Source: Eledone cirrhosa (taxonomy: Eukaryota). From it: DNA of 64,000 bases. The translations under genes and the position numbers were made by a program. Below the pieces are notes generated by a model that saw only the letters and a list, made by a program, of their open reading frames with translations, was not told the origin of the DNA and did not search any database. Shown here piece by piece: positions 49,690 to 61,749 of the stretch. The stretch lies in the NCBI GenBank assembly GCA_964016885.1, contig OZ024742.1, positions 161,696,001 to 161,760,000 on the forward strand, given 5' to 3'. Positions within the stretch are counted from its first letter, which is position 1; every line of letters starts with the position of its first letter.

Positions 49690-49764
<75 letters not shown>

Positions 49765-49776
49765 AAGCAGTGCCCT

Positions 49777-49810
<34 letters not shown>

Positions 49811-50336
49811 GGTGTTAGATGCTTAAAGCGTCCGTATGCGGTAGGCCGTATGAGCACTCAATGCTCTCATAGAGCAGAGTATATCACAAAAAAAAATCTG
49901 CTTCGTAAAATTAAGACGTATCTGAGGACCTCTCGATTTTCAGAGTCAGGTTCGATCATCAAATCGATCGTGCCTCGAGCTGGTCGCCAGAGAAATGATT
50001 GTAATATGTCCAATAAATTCCATTCGTCGCAACACTGATTCTCTTTTTTTCTTCTGTGATATATATATATTTACGTACATATGTATATGTACATATACAA
50101 ACACCACATACAACACACATGTATAAATAGATAAACACATACATACATGTATATACAAACACACCACATACAATACACACATATACATACATAAACACAT
50201 ACACATATATATAAATAAACAAACCACATACAAAACACACATAAATATACATAAACAGATACATATATATATATATATATGTATATATATTTATAAAAAC
50301 ACACCACGTAGAACACACACACACACACACACATAT

Positions 50337-52290
50337 ATGTTCTGGAAGTATGTTCACTCAAAGCAGAGACCTCACTCTCCAGTTGGTCCTCTTCACAATC
50401 CCCACACAAGCCAGGTTACTGACGACCCCAAGGAATGCGCAGAGCTCATTGCTGAATGCTATGCAGGAATTTTCACTATTGAAGACCAGAGTGTACCGTC
50501 TCCACCACCTATGACACTGGATTCTATTATAACCATGGAATTTACACCTACAATGCTGCGACGTCACCTAAAACATAAACGCAACCATGCCTCTCCTGGT
50601 TTTGATGGTGTTACGTACCTGCTTCTTAAACGTGGTGGGTACTTACTTCTGCACCAGCTATCACGCTTCTTCCAATTCTGTCTGGACAACGGTGCTACTC
50701 CAGAACAGTGGAAAACTGCTAGTGTCATTCCTATGTTCAAAAAGGGTGACCGCACATCACCTGTGACCTATCGTTCAGTCAGTCTTACTAACTGCATTGC
50801 CAAACTGATGGAATCCTGTGTCAGAGAAACTCTTTGGAACTTCTGGAACTCTCACAGTCTTATCCAGCCCTCGCAATTTGGATTTATCCCCAACTCCAGC
50901 TGCTGTGATCAACTTATCGAGTTTCTTTAAGACATCACCCGGATCAATGATGGCGGCTCATGGGTGGATGTTGTTTACCTTGACTTTGCGAAAGCTTTCA
51001 ATTCTGTGCCACACAAAATGCTTATGCCAAAACTCTCTGCAATGGGTGTGAAGGATGATCTTTTTAACTGGTTGAAGTCCTTCATTCTCAGTCGAAGAGA
51101 GGTAGTCACGGTTCTGGGACAGCATTCCTCACCATATGAGATGTCATCTGGTGTACCACAGGGATCTGTTCTTGTCCCCCTTTTGTTTGTGGCATATATT
51201 AATGACATAGATGCCAACTTAAAGAATGCCACAATACTAAAGTACGAAAACGACATCAAGCTGTACCTTAAGATAAAAAGGTCAGATCCTGAACATTATA
51301 GATCTTGCTTGCAGTCTGACCTGGACACAATGTAACAATGGATCTCAGACTGGCAACTCAAGCTAGCTGTGGACAAGTGCACCACCATGCATTTTGGGAG
51401 TAAAAACCCAGCGTCCACATACTCCCTCCACAGCACTAATATCAAGAATCAAGCTAGCTGTGGACAAGTGCACCACCATGCATTTTGGGAGTAAAAACCC
51501 AGCGTCCACATACTCCCTCCACAGCACTAATATCAAGAGTCTTCTTGTGAACGTGACCTGGGCATTACGGTCAGCAGCGATTTGCGTTGGACGAAGCACG
51601 TCTCTAAAATTGTCAAGAGGGCCGAGGGTGTCTTAGCATCACTCAGCAAGACCTTTGTTAGCTGCTCTCCAGCTATCTATTTAAGGCTGTACATGGCTAT
51701 GGTGCGGCCACACTTAGAATTTGTATCACCAGTCTGGAACCCCTATCTTGCTCAGAACATTGACCGCCTGGAAACTGTTCAGAGATGTGCAACCAAGCAA
51801 ATACCCTCCATCAGGCATCTACCATACTCTGAATGCCTTGCTTCCCTGGGCATGGATACATTGAAGCTCCGACGCCTGGCAACTGACTTGGTAAACACCC
51901 AGAAAATTATTAATCATCTTGGCAACAATAACCCTGAGTACCTTTTTGATTTCCATGTGTCTAACACACGTGGGCATGCTCACAAAGTCAGAAAACAGCA
52001 CAGCTCCCATGACTTTCGGAAACATTTTTTCACGCTCAGAGTTGCTGAAGCATGGAACAAACTACCTGCATCAGTTGTTAGCTGTCGAGACACTGCATCC
52101 TTTAAAACCTCCATGGTTCCTGAGATTCGCCAACACTACACCTAATGTTCCCCCTCCATACACACATGTATATCATGACTCATACACTATTCACTTCCCT
52201 GACATTTGTATATTATTCTATGTACTATACATGCACCTTTGACGAGTTGTAGTGCACCTGAGCACTTTACACAATAATTTCATTATTATT
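50337..52290 (+). mobile_element. 5'-truncated CR1-clade LINE with stops and an internal ~91-bp tandem duplication
   Basis: ORFs 50337..50930, 50964..51335 and 51582..52145 carry RT motifs (YADD mutated to YEND). Duplication 51358-51448 / 51449-51538. Family 3' tail present. Confidence 0.95.
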
Positions 52291-52292
52291 TA

Positions 52293-52490
52293 AAGGGCGG
52301 TGAATTGGCAGTATCTGTAGAGAGTCGGACGCCATACTTTGCAGCACAGTTACGTCCCTTTACGGGCTGAGTTCAAATCCCGCCAAGGTTAACTTTGCCT
52401 TTCATCCTTACAGGGTCGATAAAATAAAGTACCAGTAATACACTGGGATAATTGCTGGCCTTGTGCCAAAAAGTAGAAACAATTATTATT
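52293..52490 (+). mobile_element. Full-length tRNA-derived SINE abutting the CR1 3' tail
   Basis: GGGCGGTGAATTGGCAG start, B-box GAGTTCAAATCCC, core, (ATT)n. Confidence 0.92.
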
Positions 52491-52785
52491 ATATATATAT
52501 ATATACTTAAACGCATACATACATAGATATACAAATACACCACATACAACAACACACACACGTATATATACATAAACACACATATATATATATATATACA
52601 AACACACCACATATAACACACACACATATGTGTGTATGTATATATATATATGAATAAATTTAGTCCTTCGTCAGTGATCTTCCAGCCTTCATTGGTATTT
52701 CATCGCTTTAAAGACCATATACCTCTGGTTGGTGCGAGCAACGGCTAAAGAAAGTCGCTGGGACACGTAAATAGGGGGAACGAGC

Positions 52786-52877
<92 letters not shown>

Positions 52878-53167
52878 TTCGTTTCTGAATTTGTTTTGCA
52901 AGATTCTTTATCTGAAAATGTGTGTTGAAACCGATATTGTTGTGCTTTGGGAGGGTCATGTTGCCAATAAGAAACACACGCACCAGTTTCTTTGACTCCA
53001 ATTTATTATAAATTAAATTTATAAATTTAAGAATTTATAAATTTCCAGTTGGTTGGTTGGTTGGTTCCACAAGCGGACGGTTGTTCATATATTGTCAAAG
53101 TTCTTTCGTCACACATTCTGTGACCTCTTCAGTGACTGGGGATTCTTTTCTTTGTTTTTGTGCCTCT

Positions 53168-53233
<66 letters not shown>

Positions 53234-53236
<3 letters not shown>

Positions 53237-53930
53237 TGAAAAGGTAACACACTAGAGAGAGATACAGTGCGCTATCAATAAAACAGGCCCAAACCACCAG
53301 TGTATGGAATCTATAACCTATGAAAGGCAGACTATAGACACGATAATTAAAAGTATAAATTAAAGTGTAAATAAATACCTCTATAACTATATAACACACG
53401 TACAAATCCAAAGTGATCTGTTTCGCCAGTAAGCTGTTGACAGAAATGGAATAACCCAGGTTCATCAGCGTGTGTAAGGCTATACATTTCAGACAACACT
53501 AAGAGAATTTTAAAATGACTGTCCAGCTACACATGGGAGAGAGAAGTCACAGCGTGTTTAAAGGCAGTAAACCAGTGGCCTCTGAGGGACGAGCTGCTAG
53601 AAAGGGGAGCCCAAACCCACTCAGATAGGTGTGCTCAACCAAACAGAGAGAGGGGAAAGACTGTTATAAGGAGCGAAATATCACGATAAATTAACGGAGC
53701 CATAGACTCTCGCCATTCCCTGTAAATAATATGTTCAAAGGAGAGGAAATCCTGAGCTCTTTAAAATACAATATGTTGAAAAGGTAACACACTAGAGAGA
53801 GATACAGTGCGCTATCAATAAAACGGAAAAACCACCAGTGTATGGAATCTATAACCTATGAAAGGCAGACTATAGACATGTTAATTAAAAATATAAATTA
53901 AAGCGTATATAAATACCTCTATAACTATAT
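53234..53930. repeat. Unclassified element with ~160-bp direct repeats 540 bp apart, embedded in (TA)n
   Basis: tgttgaaaaggtaacacactagagag...aaatacctctataactatat at 53234 and 53774. Confidence 0.7.
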
Positions 53931-53954
53931 ATATATATATATATATATATGCAA

Positions 53955-54300
53955 TCGAAAGGTTGTGAGTTCAATTCTCAGACGGGGTGATGTGTTGTTT
54001 CCTTGAACAAGACACTTTATTTCACATTGCTCCAGTTTACTCAGCTGTAGAAATGAGATGATAGGACTGGGGTCCCTATCATTCCACTGCAAAGTGGTCG
54101 TGGAGGTGCCACAGCAAAAAAGCACCCAGCCCACACTGTAAAATGGTCGTGGAGGGGCCACTGCAAAAAAGCACCCAGCACTCACTGTAAATGAGGTTAG
54201 GAAGGGCATCCAGCTGTAGAAATCAAGCCAGAATCAGTTCCCGTCCCACCCTTGCAAGCAGGGAAAAGTGGACGTAAAATGATGATGATGATGATGATGA
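53955..54300 (+). mobile_element. CORE-like SINE with an RTE-type 3' tail
   Basis: B-box GAGTTCAATTC, CORE-like TCCTTGAACAAGACACTT, and 3' end cccacccttgcaagcagggaaaagtggacgtaaaa(tga)n shared with the RTE tail at 47270-47320. Degenerate relatives near 17815-18030, 26320-26410 and 55020-55240. Confidence 0.65.
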
Positions 54301-54545
54301 TAGAAGCACACCACATACAACACACACACATGTATATATACATAAACACATGCATACATACATATACAAACACACCACATACAACATACACCTGTATATA
54401 ACGTTGGCTATCACTCAACATTAAACATGCTTCCACATATTTTGTATTGTCATATGAAGGAACTGGTTCATTGACAGACAGTAAACCATGCTGGTCTTGA
54501 CAGAAATGCATCACCCAATGACATGGCTATCACAAACGTTAACAG

Positions 54546-54741
54546 AATTACATCTCAGTACTGCATAGGTAAAAATTTACAAAATTTACAGCTTGTCTAT
54601 GTAGGTTTAGCTGGACTTCTAAGAGGTCACATTTCATAGGAGGTTTCTTTTGAAAGAGTTACATCTCAGTACTGCATAGGTAAAAATATTCAAAATTTAC
54701 AGCTCATGCTTATGCAAGTTTAGCTGAACTTCTAAGAGGTT
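54546..54741. repeat. Tandem duplication, period ~110 bp
   Basis: ttacatctcagtactgcataggtaaaaat...caaaatttacagct...ttctaagaggt occurs twice. Confidence 0.85.
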
Positions 54742-55438
54742 TCTTGTGTGATTTAATGATAAGGCCCCGAGTTCTTTCATGTTGTTGTTACAGCTCACAC
54801 ATATACATATTTAACTGGCCTCCTCCCATGTTGTTGCATCTCATAGCAGGTTGTGTGTTTTATTTAAAAACAACACGAAATGAAGCATCTTGCTCAAGAA
54901 CACAATGCACTGCTCAGTTCAGAAGTTGAACCAATGATATTGTGATCATGAGTTAAGCACCCAACCCACTAGGCCAAATTATGTGCCTTCAATTGTAAAT
55001 GTATTGAGCTCATAATTGTAAGGTTGTGAGTTCAATTCTCAAATCATGCGATATTTTGAGTTCTTGAGCAAGACATTTCATTTCACATTGATTCAGTACC
55101 AGCAGAAACAGCAGCAGAAGCAGAAGCTGCTTGAGTACTGTTGGTGTTAATATAGACTGGCAGCTCTTCCGAGGTGGGATGGAATCTTGTATTCTCAGTC
55201 ACTTAATACCAATATAACCAGAATAAGCTTTGGCCTGATGATTTGAGAAAAACAAAACAAAAGCAAACAAAAGAAACCTTTTACTGTTGAATTGGCAAAG
55301 TTGTTCTAGAATTGACTTATATATATCTTGTTTCTACTTATTTTGGCTCACTGTGCTCTGAGTTCAAATGCTGCTCAGGTCAACTTTCCTCTTAGGGTTG
55401 ATAAAATAAAATACCAGTTAATTGTGGTGGATTGAATT

Positions 55439-57430
55439 TATAACAAAATACTAGTGTGTATGAATATAACAAGAGACGTGGTTTGTGTGTATAATATTTA
55501 ATCAACAATTTGTGGATATATAGAACAGTATAGTTGACATGTTAATGAATAGATGAGAGAATGAAACAAAGTTATTAGTTACCGTTTGGTTGCCAGGCGA
55601 ACGCACCTGGGCGAAGACGCCTGGCGAAGGCCAGGAGCCGAAAAGGCAAATGAGAGATAGGGAGCTTAAAGTTGTTCGTTTTATAGGGTCTGACCGGAAG
55701 TTACAGAAAGGGTTCTACTTCCTGTCTAGAGAGCGTTAATCTATTGGTGATGTGAGTGTCACAACAAGGGAGGCAACTCATGCTACATTACTCCCCGCCA
55801 GATTTTTTAAATATAAAAATCGAATGAAATATGTATGTAGTAAGTTGGCGAGAACGTTGTAACGCATGAAAATAACGAAAAAAAAAAAATGTTTGCAAAT
55901 ATCAATGATAGATATCAAGGTAGCCAACCGCTCTTGGCCAGAGAACGACTGGACATCTATCTATCTATCCATCACCCAAAGATACAATGTAATCAAAGTT
56001 CAAATGTACAAAATATAGTTCACAGGTGTGCAATCACATGACAGCAGGAAAGAAAGTGTGTTCCAGAGAATGAATGCAGATGGTTTCTGTTTTGTGGTAT
56101 AACGTGAAATTTCCAACCTCCGAATGGATTTTCTCACAGGAAGAGTGCTGCAAAAATAAATTCTCTGGCTTGTTCTGCTGGTTTTGGTTGTTGATGAAGC
56201 TGTGTTGCTGTTGATGTTGTTGTCTCGCGGAGTGAGCGTATTCGATGTTTAAATTCACAGTAAACATTTTTTTTTAGAAAAAATGAGTTGCGCGAAGTGC
56301 TAGAAATAACAGCCGAAGTTGATGGTCGATGTTGAGAATGCGTTGACCTGGAAGGGTCAAGAGGCCAGCGACCAAAGAAATAAGCATTCTGAATAAATGC
56401 GCAGTTTTCAACGGCAAATTTACGTGGTAAATTTTTAAACCGGAAAATAGGAGAACATAGCTTAAGGCTGGAGAATCCTTGGCGAGAAACGTTATCTCAT
56501 GGCGTGTGGCTATCTCAGTGAATCGAGAATTCTGCTGCCTACACGTGCCAATACAAGGTTAAGTTGAAAAAAAAAATATTTCTATTGCGCGAAAATGATA
56601 GTGCAACAGGTCGTTGGGAGCCATTTTGAAAAAATGGGTGTGTGAAAGTGACAATGATGAAAAAGAAAGAAAGGCGTCACTTAGTATAACAAATATGGCG
56701 AGTTCAATTTTTTTTTTCGTGAACTTTGAAAAATCTTGAACGATGAAAAAAAGCAATAGTTGAGATTCATCGAAAATAAATGTTCATGTTGAAATGTTTA
56801 AAAAAAAAAAATCAAATTTCTTTTTTTGTTTTTTTTTGTTTTAAAAATGTTCGTTGTTAGAAAGCAACGAAAAACACATATATATATATATATATATATA
56901 AAGTGAAATGCGACAGTTAGTTGATGCGTGAGAGAAAAAGAGTCTGTCTGAACGAGAATTTCAGATGTGTGTGTGTTCGTTTCTTTGACTGCGTATTTTC
57001 ATAGTTTGACAATAAAATTTGCTGCGTATTCGTAATGTTACTCACACAGCACCAGATTCTGCTATTTTTTCTTTTTTCGGGGTCACCACTTATAGCATTT
57101 TACTGGGTTGTATAAGTATAACAAGAGACGTGGTTTGTGTGTATAATATTTAATTAACAATTTGTGGATATATAGAACAGTATAGTTGACATGTCAATGA
57201 ATAGATAAGAGAATGAAACAAAGTTATTAGTTACCGTTTGGTTGCCAGGCGAACGCACCTGGGCGAAGACGCCTGGCGAAGGCCAGGAGCCGAAAAGGCA
57301 AATGAGAGATAGGGAGCTTCGTTTTATATGGTCTGACCGGAAGTTACAGAAAGGGTTCTACTTCCTGTCTAGAGAGCGTTAATCTATTGGTGATCTAAGT
57401 GTCACAACAAGGAAGGCAACTCCTGCTACA
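55439..57430 (-). mobile_element. Non-autonomous, non-coding LTR retroelement (TRIM/LARD-like), Gypsy-type
   Basis: LTRs 55439-55787 (349 bp) and 57091-57430 (340 bp; 9-bp indel plus substitutions). 4-bp TSD AATT at 55435-55438 and 57431-57434. Minus-strand PBS TGGTGACCCCGA (57077-57088); PPT-like GGCGGGGAGTAA next to the 3' LTR. Confidence 0.9.
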
Positions 57431-57844
57431 AATTGTTACATGTTGGATGAGATACTTTGTAGTCTTTTCTGGCACTTTGGCTGGTAGAAAGTTTTATACT
57501 CTCAGTTGCTGAATGCCAAGGAAATCAAGATAAGATTTGGCCTGATAAGTGTTTGGAACAGACTGTAACTTTTCACTTGGAGGGAAGGGCAGTACCCATG
57601 ACCTTTTTCAAGGCTGGAAAGAAGAAAGTATCTTCAAAAGCAGAGACCCTGCCCAAATGCTTGCAATAGAGTGGACTTTTCTAAAGGTATCTAATGGCAA
57701 TGTGGGGCTTTGAAACCATGCAATGGATTAAGTATTTCCACTGAAGTAATCTACAAGGAGATTTGAACTCAGAATGCAAAGAGCCAGAACAAATACTGGA
57801 AGGCATCTCATCTAATGCTCTAAGTTCCCCTACACTGGTACAAT

Positions 57845-60175
57845 ATAGGTTGAACGGGTCCTTTTCAACACAGCATCTCTCCATTCGTCATGTTTCTTCG
57901 TCATCTCCCCTGTGAGTCTCAGCGATTTGAGATCAACTCTCATCACCTCCACCCAGGTCTTCCTCAGCCAACCTCTATTGCAGCTTCCTTCCACTGGGAT
58001 TTCCTAGCACTTCTTCACCCAGTGATGATCATCCATGCGCATCACATGTTCGTACCAACACAGTCTTCTCTCTTGCACACCACTTCGGATTTCTCTTAAA
58101 CCCAGTTTCTCCTTCAGTTCACCCAAGCTCTGCCTTTCTCTCATATTTACATTGCACATACAATGAAGCATAGTTGCTTCATTTCTCTCTAGTCTACAAA
58201 TGTCCTCTGCAGTCACTGCCCATGTTTCACTACCATGCAGTATCACACTTTGCACACAGGTGTCATTTTGAACATAGGGAGAAACCTTTAGTTGTCAACA
58301 GTATGAGTAGTTCTCGAAACCTCTTCCATCCTATCCTTATTCTAGTTATTATGCTCTCAGAGTATCCTCCTTCACAGCTAATTAGGTCACATAGGTAGTA
58401 GAAGCTATCAACCACTTCATGCGATTGGAAAAGGTTTATATCACTGATGCTTTTCTTGTCAATTACTCCTGTGCATCTAGTACATACAAAGACTTCCTTT
58501 CTTGTCAGTCTACCAGGTATCCCACTACTCTTGTGTACCTAAGATTTGCATTGTGTACATCATATAGAGTTTTTGCTACTTTTCTGCATATCAAGCAGGG
58601 TCATTTCCCTGATGGGATCAGGGTCCCGTTCTCTTTCCTGCTTACCCACACGTTTTTAACTCTCAGTCCTTTTAATTGTAAATTCTGTTTCCATAGTCGG
58701 AATTTATTCTCTAGTTCTTTTATGGATTAAGCTATAAGAAACAGAAATTCTCATGAGCAGCCAGTCTTAAACTCCTTTGTTATGGCTTGGAGAACTATGA
58801 TTAACAGCAGTGGGCTGAGAATTGAAACCTGATGAATTCCTACTTGTACCTTGAATTCCTCACAAAACTCACTTCCTACTCTCACTCTACTGACAGCTCC
58901 TCTGTACATGGCTTGCACTGCTCTTACAAGCCATTCTTCTACATCTAATTTTTTTTAAGGATCACCAGATAACATATCGAGGTACTCAGTGCATACAACA
59001 AAAGATATCAGCTTATTCTTGGCTAGGAACTTCTCTTGTAGTTGTCTCACTAAGTAGAGGGCATCTGTAGTACTTTTCCTAGGTTTAAAAACTTGACTGC
59101 ATCTTGTCTAATTTGACTTTTTCCCTAATTAGTCAGGTATGACACTGTTCTGTATTACCTGAATAACTATGAGGGTTACTAGTTCGACTCCTACTTTTCC
59201 CAACTCTTTTGGTATCTCAGCACTATCTCTCATGATCCTACGGCTTTACCATTTTTCATCTCCTTGATTGCATTTTTTACCCTATAACTGTCAATTTCAG
59301 TAGCTGGTCCCTCTGTCGGGTAAGTTGTATGTAGTCTCTCTTCATCCCATTCATTCTTTACACTCACCAGTTTCTCATAGTAACATTTTCAGGCCTCTTT
59401 CTTTTTAGCATCAGTGGTGCTTAGTGCACCAGCATCATTTCTCACATACTTTCCCCCAGCAACATTCCAATTCACACTGACATGCTGCCTTGCAATGCAG
59501 AACACTTCCTGTCTCTGATCCTCATGTCACAGTCTCTTTCCAAGCTATGTATACCTATCATCTAGGTTCGGTGTTAGCTATCTGGTACTGGTTTCAGTTA
59601 CCCCCATTTTCCAGTCTTTCCATGCCTGTCTCTTGGTTTTAATGGCTTTTTCTGCTTTGCTGTTCCATCAACATGTCACCCTCAGTTTGGCTGGTGCTTT
59701 GCTCCAGCCACAAGTATCATCATTAGTTTGTGATAGGTTGTCACGTAAGAATTTCCAATTGTCTTTTATATCATATGTATCTAACATGTCTACCCTGTCA
59801 TCAAATGCATCCAGTAGAGCCTTTCAAAACTTATATTTAGCAGAAAGGACCTTTAGCTTCTTCTTTCCATCTCCATACTTTCCTGCATATCTTGTTCTGT
59901 CTTATGTTTATTCTGATGTCACTAATAACTAACTTGTGTTAGGTGACACATTCTCCCCAGCATTCTCCTTAGCATTTATTACTGTTAGTTTAACTCGTCT
60001 TACAAATAAGAAATGAATCTGGCTTGTGTGTTTGCCTGATTGGTATGGGATCAAGTGGCTGGCCAGTTTCCTGGAATGGTTAGTTCATTTGCATCACATA
60101 ATTCCAAGAGCCTCACTCCCTCTTCATTTCTTAAGCAATAACCATAGCTGCCGTGAACTCCAGTGAAGAAAGCTT
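57845..60175 (-). mobile_element. Degenerate RTE LINE (late endonuclease through RT to C-terminus)
   Basis: Minus-strand remnants HGSYGY..RNEEG, STTDALYLVRQLQEKF, EEFKVQVGIHQ..ILSPLL, ILHGSETW, RRLCWYEHVMR; many stops and frameshifts. Confidence 0.85.
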
Positions 60176-61552
60176 TGTGATATTCATTTCAGTTCTCTAC
60201 ACTGTGAGTTCAAATCCCATCAAGGTTAACTTTGATTTTTCATCTTTTCAAGATTGATAAAAAACGTACTAGCCCAGTACTGACACTGACGGATTGGCCT
60301 ATCGAGCAACCGGGCAAATGCCAGAACGGCCGGTGTGCCAGAGGGCCGGTGCTGCTGCGAACATTTTTAACAATATTTTGGTCACTGACACTGCACCTTG
60401 CAGTGTGGCCGGCCTGCCTGCATCCCGAAGATGTTAGTACTATCTTGTGTAGCATGGTCATTGGCAGGGCCGGCGTTACTGTTAGGCGAACTAGGCGCTT
60501 GCCTAGGGCGCAGGATTTAGAGGGGCGCAAACAATACTACAACTTTAAAAAATACTACAAATGAAAAACGTGTTATGATATAATAATTATTAAAAAGTTA
60601 TTTACAATAGTTATTTTTATTAAAAATTACAATAACTTATTTTGTTTTAATGTGTAGCGTATATAAATTCTCCCTCGAATTCGTAGAAACTGACTAGTTG
60701 CGAATTCTCGGAATATTGGTTGCTGCTGATTTTCACACTGATTGACCATACTGACAAACTGACCAATCGCGACCAGGTGCGGATCTTCAGTGCAACAGAA
60801 AGTCTTAACACTGGAAGACACGCATATTAGTCGTTCCCAACATGTATTTCATTCAACAGATAGTTCTCAAACGAGAACACGGGATAATCTGTTGTCCTCA
60901 CCGAACGACTTGGTTTCGACTATAACCCAACAAATCTCTATGTAACATTCATATAGAAAATACGACGTCTACAAACTGTCAACAACTAACCAAGGTAATC
61001 TTGTATCCTACGCATACACCTTATAAACTTTGCCACACAAATATGTATTTCTTTGATGACATCTGTAAACACACTTGGAGAATATACGTTCATACAATAA
61101 ATATATGTTCAAAAATACTTTGACTAGATTTTGTTGTTCCAATACAATTAACGTTTAACGCAGCCTAAAACCTTCTGATACTATTTCTAATTTGGAGTCA
61201 AACAAGATAGTAAAATAACCAAAACCACGCATTTTCTATACTGGCTAATATACTATATTGGATGTTATGGCTCATTTACTACAATGGCAATTTTCTATAA
61301 ATGTATTGATATGTGAAATGAACTTTTAAAAGTTCATGTACTTTATTTTTTAAATTATAATTTACCATATTAAAATTTGTATTTAATATATATAAAATAA
61401 TATAATTTAAATTAATATGGCTTAATAATAATTTGTTAAAAAATAATTCTTTTTTTTCAGATGATATAAATAATTCATTTAGGGATGAGGATAGGAATAA
61501 GACAAGTTAATTTTTAGTATATCATATTGCACTAAACTATTATTTCTTTAGC

Positions 61553-61735
61553 GGTGGATTGGCAGTATTGGTAGAGTGTCGGATGCCATGCTTTGACGCA
61601 TAGAGTTACGGCCCTTGCCATTCTGAGTTCAAATCCCGCCGAGGTTAACTTTGCCTTTCATCCTTACGGGGTCGATAAAATAAAGTACCAGTAATACATT
61701 GGGTCATTGCTGGCCTTGTGCCTAACGTAGAAACA
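61553..61735 (+). mobile_element. tRNA-derived SINE with 14-bp TSD, just upstream of the hAT ATG
   Basis: TSD ATTATTTCTTTAGC at 61539-61552 and 61736-61749. Confidence 0.92.
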
Positions 61736-61749
61736 ATTATTTCTTTAGC

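Noticed and set aside
49850-50038. Possible Tc1/mariner N-terminal remnant (RFSESGSI...PRAGRQR)
   Set aside because: Similarity is too short, with no TIRs or catalytic domain visible.
56034-56756. Short ORFs inside the non-coding LTR element as gag remnants
   Set aside because: No recognisable gag or pol motifs; interrupted by homopolymers.
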